NCBI GenBank assembly: GCA_038520555.1
Contig: JBCBLB010000010.1
Coordinates: 1 to 36,125 of the forward strand
Source: Myxococcota bacterium
GTDB lineage: Bacteria > Myxococcota_A > UBA796
DNA length: 36,125 nt
Reading direction: 5' to 3'
The position numbers and the translations under genes are program-made. Shown here one piece after another: positions 35,563-36,125 of the stretch. Under the pieces are notes generated by a model. The model searched no databases, was not told the origin of the DNA, and worked only from the letters and a program-made list of their open reading frames with translations. Every line of letters starts with the position of its first letter. Position 1 is the stretch's first letter.

Positions 35563-36060
35563 TCAGACGTCGAGCTGCTTGTCCTTGTCATGGCACAGCA
35601 GGTCGATGATGATCGTTGTGGCCAGCGGCACGATCGGATCAGCGTCGTCATCGATCTCGATGCCGTAGACATCGGTGAGCGACAGCCACTTCTTCGACAC
35701 CTTCGCCACAGCGCTGCGGCCCTGGTGAAGGTTGTACTCATAATCCAAGAATGAGCCGGTGGCTTCCAGGTTGTCGTCGTCGGGGATGTCGATGATGAAG
35801 CGGTCGCGGAACGACACCAGACGCTTCTTGACCGTGGCCACCACCTGATCGCCGCGACGGACGACATAGGTGGGCCGGAGGGCGATGACCCGCTGCTCGA
35901 TCCGAGCGACCTCACCGCCGGAAGCGTCCTTAATCGTCAGCTTGTCACCGACGCTGAAGACCTTGCCACTCACCCGATACACCACATCACCGGCCTCATC
36001 CCGGACGGTGAACTCCTGACCCATCAGACTGAAAAACTTTTGTTTGAGCGTGAACCGCAT
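35563..36060 (-). CDS. LURP-one-related / YxjI (DUF567, Tubby C-terminal-like fold) family protein
   Basis: MRFTLKQKFFSLMGQEFTVRDEAGDVVYRVSGKVFSVGDKLTIKDASGGEV... is the characteristic N-terminus and repeated beta-hairpin pattern of the LOR/YxjI family. 165 aa. Confidence 0.8.
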   Translation of the reverse strand: MRFTLKQKFFSLMGQEFTVRDEAGDVVYRVSGKVFSVGDKLTIKDASGGEVARIEQRVIALRPTYVVRRGDQVVATVKKRLVSFRDRFIIDIPDDDNLEATGSFLDYEYNLHQGRSAVAKVSKKWLSLTDVYGIEIDDDADPIVPLATTIIIDLLCHDKDKQLDV

Positions 36061-36125
36061 ACATCCCTCGGAAGTTCAATTTCCACCACTCAAACTGTAA
36101 CCGATCCCCACCGCAGGGCGCGGCG

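Overview
High-GC (roughly 60-65% by eye) bacterial chromosomal window with about 26 supportable genes, most of them secreted proteins or lipoproteins. The gene content (a giant MopE-like Cys-rich repeat adhesin with lamin-tail domains, many lipoproteins, TD-dipeptide linkers) suggests a Myxococcota/Bradymonadota-like deltaproteobacterium; this is inference only. The one clear housekeeping gene is methionyl-tRNA synthetase (metG, 29992..31956). The main accessory content is as follows. (1) A DUF4157 zincin-like polymorphic-toxin/effector-type gene (HEAAHVVQQ motif) with an unrecognised C-terminal domain and small secreted proteins around it. (2) A full-length bacterial homologue of the eukaryotic major vault protein (947 aa). 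(3) Divergently transcribed from it, an overlapping two-gene ABC-type ATPase (AAA_21-like) plus TOPRIM-like (DUF4276/DUF4435-type) module, i.e. a split OLD/PARIS-like candidate anti-phage system with an AT-rich compositional anomaly inside the ATPase gene. (4) A 2374-aa surface protein with two lamin-tail domains, dozens of MopE-like Cys-rich repeats, a legume-lectin-like domain and an unassigned C-terminal domain. (5) Two tandem paralogous lipoproteins combining Ig-like (DUF1573-like) repeats with a vWA/MIDAS domain. Further items are a GspG-C-terminal-domain protein lacking a prepilin leader, a BNR-repeat lipoprotein with in-frame hexanucleotide tandem repeats, and several palindromic or direct-repeat candidate operator sites and an AT-rich promoter island. 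The ORF track accepts GTG/TTG starts; several of its maximal ORFs are N-terminally over-extended or are antisense shadows and were trimmed or rejected. No rRNA, tRNA, CRISPR, transposase or integrase was recognised.
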